A stretch of 64,000 bases of DNA from an uncultured Methanosarcinales archaeon (GTDB taxonomy: Archaea > Halobacteriota > Methanosarcinia > Methanosarcinales > Methanosarcinaceae): contig CAYUQC010000001.1 in NCBI GenBank assembly GCA_964446755.1, positions 9,806 through 73,805 of the forward strand, read 5' to 3'. The translations under genes were made by a program, and so were the position numbers. Shown in pieces: positions 50,381-60,862 of this stretch (the first letter of the stretch is position 1; each line of letters starts with the position of its first letter). The notes under the pieces are model-generated. The model worked only from the letters and a program-made list of their open reading frames with translations. It did no database searches and was not told the DNA's origin.

Positions 50381-51169
50381 ATGGACGATATTATGCAGTT
50401 TGTTCCCGGAAACGGATTGTTCCATCGCCTCAATGCCATGACGAAGATTATCTTTGCCGTCGGCATGCTGTTTGCCGCCGTTCTGACAGATAATTTGTAT
50501 GTTTTGGCTGCGGTTATTGTTTTCATTGCCGCTCTGGCGTTGATCTCGGGCCTCGGCAAAGCGTTGCTGAAACAGCTTCCGATTTTGATCTTCCTCAGTG
50601 TTCTTTTGATTCTGCTGACGGTTCTGACGATGAAAGAAGGGGATTTCCTGTTCTACCTTATTCCGCTCGGCAGCGGACATATTTCCGTCACAACGGGAGC
50701 CGTGCTGTTTGCCGTCACGATGAGTCTTCGGTTTGTTGTTCTGATTTCATCCTTCCAGATGCTTGTGATTTCAACAAAACCGAGTGAACTCGTGAACGCG
50801 CTTTATATCCTGCACGTACCGAGCGATTATGCGCTGATGTTTTTAATCGCGATCCGCTTCATTCCGACACTGCAGCGCGAAGGCGTCCGGATCAATGAAG
50901 CCCAGCTTTCCAGAGGATACAATCCGGGAGGCGGTTTTATCGGAAAAATGAAACAAGTCGGGCCTGTGATGCTTCCCTTGATGCTGAATTCACTTGCAAA
51001 AGCCGATACGCTCGGTTTGACGATTGACATGCGGGGATACCGGAAAGCGGCGGAAAATAAAAGAAAAATCAAATACAGAGCATTGGATTTGATAATAATT
51101 TTAATAACACTGGCGATTTTAGGGCTGATGATTTTGATCCGGTTGGGATTTATCACTCTGCCGTTGTAA
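50381..51169 (+). CDS. ECF transporter T component
   Basis: HRLNAMTK, AIRFIP, SRG, MRG; GGAGGTG RBS; 1 bp after the upstream stop. Confidence 0.88.
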   Translation: MDDIMQFVPGNGLFHRLNAMTKIIFAVGMLFAAVLTDNLYVLAAVIVFIAALALISGLGKALLKQLPILIFLSVLLILLTVLTMKEGDFLFYLIPLGSGHISVTTGAVLFAVTMSLRFVVLISSFQMLVISTKPSELVNALYILHVPSDYALMFLIAIRFIPTLQREGVRINEAQLSRGYNPGGGFIGKMKQVGPVMLPLMLNSLAKADTLGLTIDMRGYRKAAENKRKIKYRALDLIIILITLAILGLMILIRLGFITLPL

Positions 51170-51506
51170 AAGAAAACATTTGATGAAGCATTTGAGACAA
51201 GAGTTCCGTGAACTGGCAGACAATGAAAACGCCTTCATTATAACTGTCGGTCTGAATAATCATGCCGCAGTCAAAATCCGTCTCATACACATGAAATTGA
51301 ATATTAAACAGGTCATCCTCATCCGATGATTTTGACCTGTCGATCAATTTCAGGTAAGTATTTTTCAAAAGGCTTTTCCGGTCTTCGACTTTTAAACCGT
51401 TTTCGAGTTCAAACTCGTTGATTGTTCTTTTGATTTCATCGAACAGAAAAAGATTGGAAAAATAATCGGGCTGTTTCATAAGACTCACAATACGGATTTG
51501 TTTCAA
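51153..51506 (-). CDS. Hypothetical protein
   Basis: 117 aa; TTGA overlap with the MutS-like stop (alternative ATG near 51479). Confidence 0.5.
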   Translation of the reverse strand: MKQIRIVSLMKQPDYFSNLFLFDEIKRTINEFELENGLKVEDRKSLLKNTYLKLIDRSKSSDEDDLFNIQFHVYETDFDCGMIIQTDSYNEGVFIVCQFTELLSQMLHQMFSFTTAE

Positions 51507-53680
51507 TCTGTTTTTTTAAACTTTCTTTTCAGCTTTTCGTAAAAAGCATTCTCTGCCCCTGTTGACGTCAAAAATAATTTCTCGACAATCAATTCAGGCG
51601 TACTTTTAGCAATGTGGTTTTTAATCGGATTTCTGTTGACGATCAAATTCAAATCGTCGTCCAACCCGCCGGCTTCAATGCCGTCAATCCGGATCGGAAC
51701 ATCACAGTTTTCCGTAATCGATTCAGCGAGATGAGAAACGAAAAGAGAAAGCGTTTTACCGTTTTCGGAGAACGTTTCCAAAAGGCCGGCGATGATTTTG
51801 GCGGATGCGCCCGGTTCGGTAATGGATTCCAGCTCATCGGCGAAAACTGCGCGCTCCGTGCCGTTGCTTTCCGACACAATCGAGAAATTCCGAAGCGTCG
51901 TTTCAAACGCGCCGGCGTCCAGTGTGCCTTTGGATTTTCCGAAGTAATAGAATTCTTCAACCGGTGAAAATTCAAATAATTCGGCAGGCACCGGAAATCC
52001 CATGTGGGCCAAAATCAGGCATTGTCCGGCAAGTTCCAAAACCGTTGTTTTACCGCCCGAATTAACGCCGCTCAAAAGGACAGTATTTTCAACGTCGTAA
52101 GAAACCGGCGTAACCGCTTCAAATCCGTATTTGGAAGAAAGGAAAAGATTGCGGCCGTTGATCAGATTGAAAAAGACGTTTCTGTTTTCAGAGCGCTTGG
52201 GATCTAAATGCAGAGTCGGCTCACAGTCGGGTGATGTTTTGGCAAAAACCGGAAACGTCATTTGATAAGCGTGCGCAAAAGAGGCTGCCGAATACCAGCA
52301 GTCAAATTCAAGACAGTCGTTGACCAAAAGAGAAACCGCTTCTTTTCGGCCCGCCAGCTCTTTTGAAAGCTGTTTTTTCTGCTTTTGTTCAAGTTCGGCG
52401 GCTTTGCCTGAAATTTCTTTCTTAAAGCGTGTCAAAGAATCTAAGTTAAGCGTCACGGGACAGGTGATTTCATCACCGTAAATATCGGAGAGAATCATTT
52501 CCTCATCACGCTTTAATGAAAGCGTTTCAGTGATTTCGGTAAGTGTCTCTTTCAAAAGTTCGCGGTACGGTTTGGATACATTCGCCGTCACTATCTGCTT
52601 CAAATCGGCACCTGAAAGAATATGCATGAGCTGATCTCCGTCAAGCGTCAGCGTATTTCCGGTCAGGACATTTTTTAACCTTTCGGAAAGTTCGGCCGCT
52701 TTTCGGAGAAGAATCTCATCACACTGGACGGAAATATTTTTCAGCCGGTCAGCTTCCGGATCGGTTCCCGCATTCATGCTGCCGTCCGCATTCAATCTTT
52801 TCAAAAGTGTCCGAAGCTCAAGCGCTTCTTCAGCGGTAAATTGTGAAAACAGGCCGTTCAGGGACCCGGCTGCCAGGATTTCCGTTAAACGGAGAGAGGC
52901 GTCAAAGCTTTTTAAGTTTTTAACAAAATAAGAAAGCGCCGCTTCCGGGATGAGCTGTTCGATTTCGATTGCGTCGATATCACGGAAATAATCATATCCC
53001 GATTCCGGCAGATCGAACTCCGGAAAATCAAATAAAATAACGGAACGGTAGGAGAAAAAGAAATCCGCGCATTCCTGCGGATCCGTTACGAGATGAACGG
53101 GCAGAAGGCTGCCGAATTTTTCTCGGGCTTCCAGGTAAACAACTTCGGAAAAAGCTAAAACGGCGCGGTCACGGACCTTTTGAACAGTCCCTTCTTTGGC
53201 GGGAGAAATCTGGGAGAGCAGCGACTGGATCATTTCACGCTCATCGGGAGAGAAAGACTGCAAAACTGCCAAATGGTTTTCGATTTTTTCCCGAACGTCC
53301 AAAGCAAGATCTAATCTTCTTTTCGGATAAGGAACCAGGCGTTCGATAAAATCGGCAGAGGATGAAGTACAGCAATGCTTTTTCATTATTTTTAAAATGC
53401 CTGCGTAAAGCGCTTCCGCTTCCTTTGTTTTCAGGAAGTCCTCGGAAGATACGCCGTTCTGCTCTTTTGACACATTCAAAATCAATGATTGAGCAGACTT
53501 GCGGGTCATGCCCTCAACGCGGCACAATTCATGCACATCTCCTTTTAAAAGAGTCTCAAGCGCTTTCTCTTCGCTCCCGAAGCAAGTAACAAGACGCTTT
53601 TCTAAAATCGATCCGATTCCCGAAATATCTCTGAGGCGCATGTTTGTTTCAATCGCCGTGTTTTCTCCATCCGAAATCAT
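51503..53680 (-). CDS. Archaeal MutS-like ATPase with N-terminal HhH (MutS5/MutS2-like)
   Basis: ISGIG HhH; SGVNSGGKTT; GAFETTL; DELESITEPG; VSHL; no mismatch-binding domain. Start may be 53641. Confidence 0.82.
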   Translation of the reverse strand: MISDGENTAIETNMRLRDISGIGSILEKRLVTCFGSEEKALETLLKGDVHELCRVEGMTRKSAQSLILNVSKEQNGVSSEDFLKTKEAEALYAGILKIMKKHCCTSSSADFIERLVPYPKRRLDLALDVREKIENHLAVLQSFSPDEREMIQSLLSQISPAKEGTVQKVRDRAVLAFSEVVYLEAREKFGSLLPVHLVTDPQECADFFFSYRSVILFDFPEFDLPESGYDYFRDIDAIEIEQLIPEAALSYFVKNLKSFDASLRLTEILAAGSLNGLFSQFTAEEALELRTLLKRLNADGSMNAGTDPEADRLKNISVQCDEILLRKAAELSERLKNVLTGNTLTLDGDQLMHILSGADLKQIVTANVSKPYRELLKETLTEITETLSLKRDEEMILSDIYGDEITCPVTLNLDSLTRFKKEISGKAAELEQKQKKQLSKELAGRKEAVSLLVNDCLEFDCWYSAASFAHAYQMTFPVFAKTSPDCEPTLHLDPKRSENRNVFFNLINGRNLFLSSKYGFEAVTPVSYDVENTVLLSGVNSGGKTTVLELAGQCLILAHMGFPVPAELFEFSPVEEFYYFGKSKGTLDAGAFETTLRNFSIVSESNGTERAVFADELESITEPGASAKIIAGLLETFSENGKTLSLFVSHLAESITENCDVPIRIDGIEAGGLDDDLNLIVNRNPIKNHIAKSTPELIVEKLFLTSTGAENAFYEKLKRKFKKTD

Positions 53681-53835
53681 AGAAGAATAACCGCCGGAAT
53701 GGCATATAAGCCTCTTACAAGCGGAGTGAAAGTATGAGAATAATATTTACCGGCCCGGCGGTACACACAAACAGCACAGATTAGTCCGAATAATAAAAAT
53801 TGAAGAAACCTTTTAAAAAATAAAAAAAGGAAAGA

Positions 53836-54639
53836 TCAAACCGTTTCTTCAACAAATTTGACTTCCGACAGATCCGTTTTGCCGAGCATGCGCTTGTAAA
53901 GAACAAACCAGGGCGTATCGGCAACACCGATGATCACCTTAACAACCAGCTGGCCGACAATCAATCCGGTGACAACTTCCCAGGGCATGCCGCCGATAAG
54001 ATAGAAAGCGATGACGACGAAAATGATGGAATCAACCGCCAAACTGAAAGCGTCCGTGACAAGCGAGCGGATCCAAATATAGGGATTCAAAAAAGCGTCA
54101 CCTTTGAAAGCAAGTTCTCGCGGGCGCAGTTTACGTTTGATATAAGAAAACATGTATGTGTCCAGCAAAGAACAGACCAGGAAAGAAACCCAGCTGGCAA
54201 AAGTCACGCCGACGCTGAGAGCGAAAATCGCCGTCCATTCACTGTCCAATTCATAGAAAGCGGCAGCCGGAATTTTAATGGCCATAGCGATGAACATGAC
54301 GTAAAGAACCTGTGTCCCGAGCGCGATCATAACCGCAGCTACGGCTCTTTTCTTACCATAAACCTCATTGATCATGTCCAGAACCTGCGCGATGAACGGA
54401 TAAAGAATCGCGGCGGCGGGCGTTGACAGGATAATGCTGTACCCGAACCATGTTCCGAAGTCAAAAGTCGCCAGTTTCGTTGCAATCACTTGAGAGCTGA
54501 GCAGGTAAGCGACATAAAAAGCCGTCAAAGCGGCAAATCCGTAAGCCGGATATTTTTTAACAATTCGGACGGAAGAAATTGTCACAATCGTCATCGCAAC
54601 CATCCAAAAAATAAGAATAAACAAAAGATCGTAATTCAT
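53836..54639 (-). CDS. Queuosine-precursor transporter (YhhQ/VUT family)
   Basis: DMINEVYGKKRA, WIRS, DSIIFVVIAF, DTPW. Confidence 0.85.
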   Translation of the reverse strand: MNYDLLFILIFWMVAMTIVTISSVRIVKKYPAYGFAALTAFYVAYLLSSQVIATKLATFDFGTWFGYSIILSTPAAAILYPFIAQVLDMINEVYGKKRAVAAVMIALGTQVLYVMFIAMAIKIPAAAFYELDSEWTAIFALSVGVTFASWVSFLVCSLLDTYMFSYIKRKLRPRELAFKGDAFLNPYIWIRSLVTDAFSLAVDSIIFVVIAFYLIGGMPWEVVTGLIVGQLVVKVIIGVADTPWFVLYKRMLGKTDLSEVKFVEETV

Positions 54640-54790
54640 TAATGAAACCTCGCTTGACTAAAACGTTCAATCCTATAAAAGCGTTTCAAAGAAATCCGGA
54701 AAATAAAAATCGGTCTTGACAACTAATTATAAATATTTTTCAAGCCCATTGAAAAGTGACTGTAAAGAAAACCGGAACAAAGGATTAAAC

Positions 54791-56185
54791 ATGACTGCCG
54801 ACTCGAAAAAGGAAAAAATCACTGAAATCAAAGACGAGATTCTCAAGCGCGTCCGTCCGACAGCAGAAGAAAAAACAAAACTTGAATCGGTTCGAAAAAG
54901 CATCATTGATGATATTGCCAGAATCGCCCGGGAACAAGGCCAGTGTGACATCCTTCCGCTTTCCGTCGGCTCGGCAGAGAGAAACACCTGGCTTCACGGC
55001 AGCCACGATATTGACGTTTTTATTTCATACCCGGAAGACATTCCGTTTGACGAATTTTATCACCGAAGCCATCGGCTTTTAATGGAAATGGCAAAAACCG
55101 GAGATACCTGGGAAGACCGCCACTCCGAACATCCGTACATCCACATCCGAAAGGAAGGGTTCGAAGTCGATTTGGTTCCGTGTTTCCGCGTGAAAAGCGG
55201 TGCCGACATCAAATCCGCCGTTGACCGGACACCGTTTCACTGCGCTTACATCAAAGAAAATATCAGCGGATTGGAAGAAGACGTTTTGGTTCTGAAACAA
55301 TTCATGAAAGGCGTCGGCGTTTACGGCTCCGAAGTCCGGACCGGCGGGTTTTCGGGATATCTGACGGAAATTTTAACCATTTATTACGGCGGTTTTGAAG
55401 GCGTTTTGGAACATGCCGCCCATTGGAAATACGGTATTGTCATCGACTTGGCCGGTCACCAATCTTTGGAACATGAGCATCCGCTTGTTGTCATTGATCC
55501 GACAGATCCGAAAAGAAATGTAGCTGCCGCCTTATCCCTGACAAAATTCGCGCTTTTCATTGACCGTGCCCGCTCATTCATGAAAAACCCGAGCGCTGAT
55601 TACTTTAAACGTGAAGAATACCCGCCGATGACCCCTGATGAATTTGAAGAAATAACGGCGGCACGCGGAACGGAAATAATCGGCCTTTCATTTCAAACAC
55701 CCCCGAAAGCGGAGGATACGCTTTATCCGCAGCTTTTCAGAATGGAAAAATCTCTGGAAGAACTTTTGACGCGAAACGAATTTACGGTTGTCAATACATT
55801 TTCATGGTCGGAAGAAAACGGCAAAAGTATTGTTTTCATAGAACTTCTGGACGCCGAACTGCCGCCGCTTCAAAAGAGAACAGGCCCGCCGGTTTGGAAT
55901 GAAAGCAACGCTGAAACATTCTGTCAAAAATACAAAAAAGACCCGAACACTTTCTCTTTCGCGATTGAAAATGAAAGATATGTCGCCGAAATTCCGAGAA
56001 AATACAAAACGGCCGAATATTTAATTGAAGATTTGATTTTCAAGGAAGCGGCTTTGGGCCGCCATATACGCGATTCTATGAAAAACGGCTACGATGTTCT
56101 TCGGGAAAAAGAAATCATGGAAATTCAAAGCGAAGGCTTTTGGAAATTTATGAATGAAAGATTAACGGCCCGAATCGAACCCTGA
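54791..56185 (+). CDS. cca: Archaeal CCA-adding enzyme
   Basis: GSAERNTWL...DID, EHPY, DLVPC, SAVDRTPFH, GFSGYL. Confidence 0.95.
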   Translation: MTADSKKEKITEIKDEILKRVRPTAEEKTKLESVRKSIIDDIARIAREQGQCDILPLSVGSAERNTWLHGSHDIDVFISYPEDIPFDEFYHRSHRLLMEMAKTGDTWEDRHSEHPYIHIRKEGFEVDLVPCFRVKSGADIKSAVDRTPFHCAYIKENISGLEEDVLVLKQFMKGVGVYGSEVRTGGFSGYLTEILTIYYGGFEGVLEHAAHWKYGIVIDLAGHQSLEHEHPLVVIDPTDPKRNVAAALSLTKFALFIDRARSFMKNPSADYFKREEYPPMTPDEFEEITAARGTEIIGLSFQTPPKAEDTLYPQLFRMEKSLEELLTRNEFTVVNTFSWSEENGKSIVFIELLDAELPPLQKRTGPPVWNESNAETFCQKYKKDPNTFSFAIENERYVAEIPRKYKTAEYLIEDLIFKEAALGRHIRDSMKNGYDVLREKEIMEIQSEGFWKFMNERLTARIEP

Positions 56186-56255
56186 TGCACGATTATTTTT
56201 AAAAAAAGGAAAAAGAAACGGAAAAATTCCGTTTCGTATTTATTTCGATTCTGAA

Positions 56256-59200
56256 TCAGTTGAAAGTTACTGAAACGGTGTTGCCGTTCAGGACATCTTC
56301 TTCACTGACATCAATTTTTTCTTCAACGGTGCCGTATTTAACGGTGTAATTGCCCATCGGCTTCACCGCGAAATTGGTTTCGCCGTCAACAGGACCGGTT
56401 GTTGAATACGGAACTCTGAAAGAGAAGTTGCCGTTTTCATCTGCTTTAACCGTTTGGTTGTAGTTGAAGACACGGTTCTGATTGGTCTGAACCGTCAAAG
56501 TCAGTTCAACGGTTTCGTTTGCCGGAGCGGTGCCGGAAATGACAGCGCCTTCCACATATTCAAAGACTTTAACATAGCCGGTATTCGATTCGGTCAGATT
56601 TCCGGAATAAAGCTGGTTGAAGAGCTGTTTATAGAAAATCTCCTGTCTTGCCATGTTACTGTCTGAATTGTAAATCACGGATTCGTAAACCATACGGTAT
56701 TGTTCCATACTGACAGCGTCAAGCATGTGCAGGCGGTAAACCATTGAATTGAAATAACGGTCACTGCCGATGAACGTGCTGTTCTGGCCGTTGATATTGT
56801 ATGTCACATAATAACCGTCCGTATCAAGCGTCCACGCGGTCATCGCATAGAATTTGCTCATACCGGAGGCCATTTCAATGTCCGTGACGATGTAGCGTGC
56901 ACCGATTTTGTCTTCGCGCGGGTCGATGTCAACCAAATATCCGGTAGCCTCTTTCTCGGTTTCGGCAACAAAGAACGGTGCAGCTCCCGGAATCATATCA
57001 TCCGTCACGTTGCCGCGGCGGCCGCCGACACCGAACTGGAACGGATTGGCATTCACCATGCGTTCACCGATGACTTCCAGCCAGTGGCCGTAATCCCACC
57101 AGGACAAAACACCGTAAGCGGTGCCCGGATAATCAAACGGAACGATACTCGCCTGATTCTCGAAATGCTCAATACCGATACCTGAGACTGTATCCTCAAT
57201 ACCGTCACCGTCAATGTCCTGAAGCGGTTCTTCGTAATGACCGTACCAGTCCAATCCGATTTCAGGCGTGTTGTCGCGAATCCACAGGGAAGTGTCAATC
57301 CAAGCTTCATTCGGGCCGCCTGTGCCGGAAACATATTGTGATGTCATGGTGTAAGTCGGCACTAAAAGGACACCGAGCGCAACAATCAAAACGAGAGCTG
57401 CGATTGCGATTTTTTCATTGCCGTTGTCTGCGGGTTTGGATTTAACTTTTGAAGATTCACGGCGGGACTGCGCTTTTTCCTGCTTGGAAGAGTAAACCGG
57501 AGCAGGTTCTTCTTTCTTGGCGCGTGTGTCTTTGGAAAGATAATTCTTCTTAAAGAGTGCCCAAGCTTCGTCCGCTTTAACGGCGCGGGCGATTTCCATG
57601 AAGGCCCAGGATGTCAAAATGACGACCGGAACAACGAAGTAATAACTGAATCTGTTCTGCTGCACCAAAGCCCAAAGCAGAATGACCGTCCAAATCACCA
57701 GCAGCGTTTTTTCCATACTGTTGTTTTTGACGGCAATATAAGCCATGATCGGCAGCACGATAATCCAGATGTAACCCATGACGGAGAAAGTGGTGAACAA
57801 ACTGAATGCGCTTCCCGAAGCCAAAATGAGCAGGAAGAAAAGAACGGCCCAGACGGCCAATATTCCCTTTTTAACACCTGACTTCTTGATATAAGGTGTT
57901 GCCATGAACGGCAAAATAATCAGGAAAGCAGCGATCAGAACAGTAAACAACAAGGGATTAACAATGCTTCCAAAATACGGAGAAGCTTCACCGATTGTTG
58001 TGGCACCGCCTGTTCTTGTAAAGAAGCTGACAATACCCAGCAAGGCATCTCTGACGGTTGATGAAAGCAAACTGCCTGCAACGGCACCCGCAACCACTAA
58101 ACCGGCTAAAATACCCGGATAATAAAGTTTGTTGAGGTTCTTCTTTTCAAGCGCATAAGACAGAACGGCCATGAAAAGCATGGCAATAATACCTGCGCCG
58201 AGCGCCATCATATGAAGCGACTTATATTCACCGAGTTGCGGCGTTATGAAAACGATCAGAAAATCGATGACGAAAATGATGATACCGGTCACGGCGATGA
58301 AAGCCGTCCCCTCTCCTTTGAGATGGTTAATCAGCATTTGAATGGTTATGAAAACACCGATGATAAAGGCGAAAAGAAGAGCGCCTTCCCAAACAAGCGT
58401 ATATGCCGCCATTGCAATACCTGTTAAAACAGCATAAGGCAGAATAGGTTTAAACGCGGAAAGTTTTCCTTTGGAAATATCGGTAAATGTAATATTTTTG
58501 TCACGGGCTTTTAAAAGCGTGATGACTAAGAACAGAATAACGAGTGAACTGAAAAGAACCTCGGCAACGTGGTGGTCATTGAAACCGATAATACTTCTTG
58601 AGAGGAACTGACCCGGAGCGACCGCTAAAAGGAAAGCGGACAGGAGACCGATGTTCCTGCTGTCAAAGAGTTTCTTTGCGACAAAATAAACGACGATAAC
58701 ACAGCCGGCCGCAAGGATGCAAGGCCAATAAGCGGCAACGGTCATTGCATACGCTTCGGTTGTATTTCCTGTAATAAACTGCAGAATTTTAATGGCACCT
58801 GCTAAAATGTAGTCGTATAAAGGCGCGAAGGCCTGCGGTGTACCGTAGGGATAAGTGGTTGCGGGATCAAACCATAAGAAACGGAAATTTTCGAGCAGGT
58901 AATCCACGTTTCTCCAGTGGTACCACGGGTCATTTTCACCGAAGCGGATGAAGCCGTTTTCCATGAAAACGCCGTCTTTCGGAAGAATGCGGATGTAAAA
59001 AGCCAGCAGTGCGGAAAGCAAAACACCGATACCGTAAAGCACACTTTTAATCAGATTGTTTTTGTCTTTATACTCGTCCAGGAAGCCTTTCTTTTCCGGC
59101 TTCTTTTTCACGTCTTCCGGCGACGCTGCCGCTTCATCAACGCGGACTTCATATGATTCGGTCACTGTGACAGCATCCGCATCTGCGGACTCTTCAACAG

Positions 59201-59288
59201 TGTACTCTTCCGAAACCGTCACGACGGTATCCGAATCATCAGAAGTGCGGCGTTCAGAAGTTTGTCTACGGATAGTTCTTTTCGCCAA
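56256..59288 (-). CDS. aglB: Oligosaccharyltransferase AglB
   Basis: NDPWYH, DHH, TIGE, WWDYG, NPFQ; probable TTG start at 59288 with GAGGT RBS. Confidence 0.93.
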   Translation of the reverse strand: MAKRTIRRQTSERRTSDDSDTVVTVSEEYTVEESADADAVTVTESYEVRVDEAAASPEDVKKKPEKKGFLDEYKDKNNLIKSVLYGIGVLLSALLAFYIRILPKDGVFMENGFIRFGENDPWYHWRNVDYLLENFRFLWFDPATTYPYGTPQAFAPLYDYILAGAIKILQFITGNTTEAYAMTVAAYWPCILAAGCVIVVYFVAKKLFDSRNIGLLSAFLLAVAPGQFLSRSIIGFNDHHVAEVLFSSLVILFLVITLLKARDKNITFTDISKGKLSAFKPILPYAVLTGIAMAAYTLVWEGALLFAFIIGVFITIQMLINHLKGEGTAFIAVTGIIIFVIDFLIVFITPQLGEYKSLHMMALGAGIIAMLFMAVLSYALEKKNLNKLYYPGILAGLVVAGAVAGSLLSSTVRDALLGIVSFFTRTGGATTIGEASPYFGSIVNPLLFTVLIAAFLIILPFMATPYIKKSGVKKGILAVWAVLFFLLILASGSAFSLFTTFSVMGYIWIIVLPIMAYIAVKNNSMEKTLLVIWTVILLWALVQQNRFSYYFVVPVVILTSWAFMEIARAVKADEAWALFKKNYLSKDTRAKKEEPAPVYSSKQEKAQSRRESSKVKSKPADNGNEKIAIAALVLIVALGVLLVPTYTMTSQYVSGTGGPNEAWIDTSLWIRDNTPEIGLDWYGHYEEPLQDIDGDGIEDTVSGIGIEHFENQASIVPFDYPGTAYGVLSWWDYGHWLEVIGERMVNANPFQFGVGGRRGNVTDDMIPGAAPFFVAETEKEATGYLVDIDPREDKIGARYIVTDIEMASGMSKFYAMTAWTLDTDGYYVTYNINGQNSTFIGSDRYFNSMVYRLHMLDAVSMEQYRMVYESVIYNSDSNMARQEIFYKQLFNQLYSGNLTESNTGYVKVFEYVEGAVISGTAPANETVELTLTVQTNQNRVFNYNQTVKADENGNFSFRVPYSTTGPVDGETNFAVKPMGNYTVKYGTVEEKIDVSEEDVLNGNTVSVTFN

Positions 59289-59512
59289 GATAATAACCTC
59301 AATGATACAATACTCAAATAAAAAGTATAGATTCAAACCGTCGTCAAAACGTTGAAAAACGCAACGCGGCAAAAATGAATCAAACACCCATAATAAATAC
59401 AACAATAATTCTATACAAGCTATTTAATTTTAACCTGTCTCGCCGCCTCTTTAAGCTTTTCGTATATGGAAAAAGAGTAAAGTTTATGAAAGTTCAGGCG
59501 GTTGTTTCAAAT

Positions 59513-60799
59513 ATGATTTTTAAAAACCTGTCCGAGCTTTCCGACTCGGATTTGAATAAACTGTTCTCACGTGGCAAAGGGCTGGCGGATGTCGGCGCTT
59601 CCGTTGACGCCATTTTGGAAAATGTTCAAAAAAACGGAGACGCGGCGATTTTGGAATATACAAAGCAGTTCGATAAAGCAGACTTGAAATCACTGCAGGT
59701 GACGCCCGCTGAAATTGAAGAAGCTGTTGCTTCTTTAGATTCAAAATTATTAAAACACCTGCGTCAGGCGGCTGAAAATATCCGGCGTTTCCATGCCGCT
59801 CAGCTGCCCAAAGAAATATGGTATATTGAAGATACGCCCGGAATCGTCTTGGGTCAGAAAACGATTCCGCTTTCCCGAGTCGGCTGTTATGTACCGGGCG
59901 GCCGCGCAAGCTACCCTTCAACCGTATTGATGACCGCGCTGCCCGCAAAAGTTGCCGGCGTCCCCGAAGTGATTGTGTGTACCCCTCCGCTCGCCGACGG
60001 GACCGTTCACCCTCTGACCCTTGCCGCCTGTAAGATTGCGGGCGTTGACAGGATTTTCAAAACAGGCGGCGCTCAGGCGATTGCCGGGATGGCTTACGGG
60101 ACAGAGAGTATTCCGCAGGCGGACAAAATTGTCGGCCCGGGAAATGTGTATGTCACTTACGCGAAAATGAAAATACGTGATTACGCTGAAATTGATTTCC
60201 CGGCAGGCCCGAGCGAAGTTTTGATTATTGCCGATGATTTTGCCGACCCGAAGATGGCCGCAGCAGACATACTGGCGCAGGCGGAACACGACCCGAACTC
60301 GGTTTCCGTGCTGATAACACCCTCGAAAAAACTGGCAAAGGCTGTCTCGGATGAAGTTGAAAAACAGACAGAAACCGCAAAACGCAAAGAAATCATTGAA
60401 GCTTCATTGCAGAATTCCGCCATTTTGGTTGCCGGAAATATGGATGAATGCATTTCATTTTCAAACGAATTCGGGCCTGAACATCTGCAGATTATGGTCG
60501 GCTCCGATACGGAAGATAATGTTTTGAACCGGATTCAGAATGCCGGTTCCGTATTTGTCGGAAATTACGCGCCTGTTCCGGCCGGAGATTATGCATCCGG
60601 AACAAATCACGTTCTCCCGACATCCGGTTATGTCCGCATGTATTCCGGATTGAATACGGCTCACTTTTTGAAGTCGTTTACGATTCAGCGGATCAGCAAA
60701 GAAGGGCTGAACGAAATCAAGGATGCGGTAATTGATTTGGCAGAAACGGAAGGACTGTTTGAACACGCGGAAGCGATTCGGAAGCGTTTCGAAGCGTAA
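59513..60799 (+). CDS. hisD: Histidinol dehydrogenase
   Basis: [39 protein letters not shown]. Confidence 0.96.
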   Translation: MIFKNLSELSDSDLNKLFSRGKGLADVGASVDAILENVQKNGDAAILEYTKQFDKADLKSLQVTPAEIEEAVASLDSKLLKHLRQAAENIRRFHAAQLPKEIWYIEDTPGIVLGQKTIPLSRVGCYVPGGRASYPSTVLMTALPAKVAGVPEVIVCTPPLADGTVHPLTLAACKIAGVDRIFKTGGAQAIAGMAYGTESIPQADKIVGPGNVYVTYAKMKIRDYAEIDFPAGPSEVLIIADDFADPKMAAADILAQAEHDPNSVSVLITPSKKLAKAVSDEVEKQTETAKRKEIIEASLQNSAILVAGNMDECISFSNEFGPEHLQIMVGSDTEDNVLNRIQNAGSVFVGNYAPVPAGDYASGTNHVLPTSGYVRMYSGLNTAHFLKSFTIQRISKEGLNEIKDAVIDLAETEGLFEHAEAIRKRFEA

Positions 60800-60862
60800 A
60801 TATTTATAAAAATCGAAACATATAGGAATCAAATATTTAAAAACGAAGTTGGAGAAACACTC

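Noticed and set aside
54640-54790. preQ1 riboswitch upstream of the YhhQ gene
   Set aside because: No recognisable preQ1 stem-loop consensus; the spacer appears to hold only divergent promoters.
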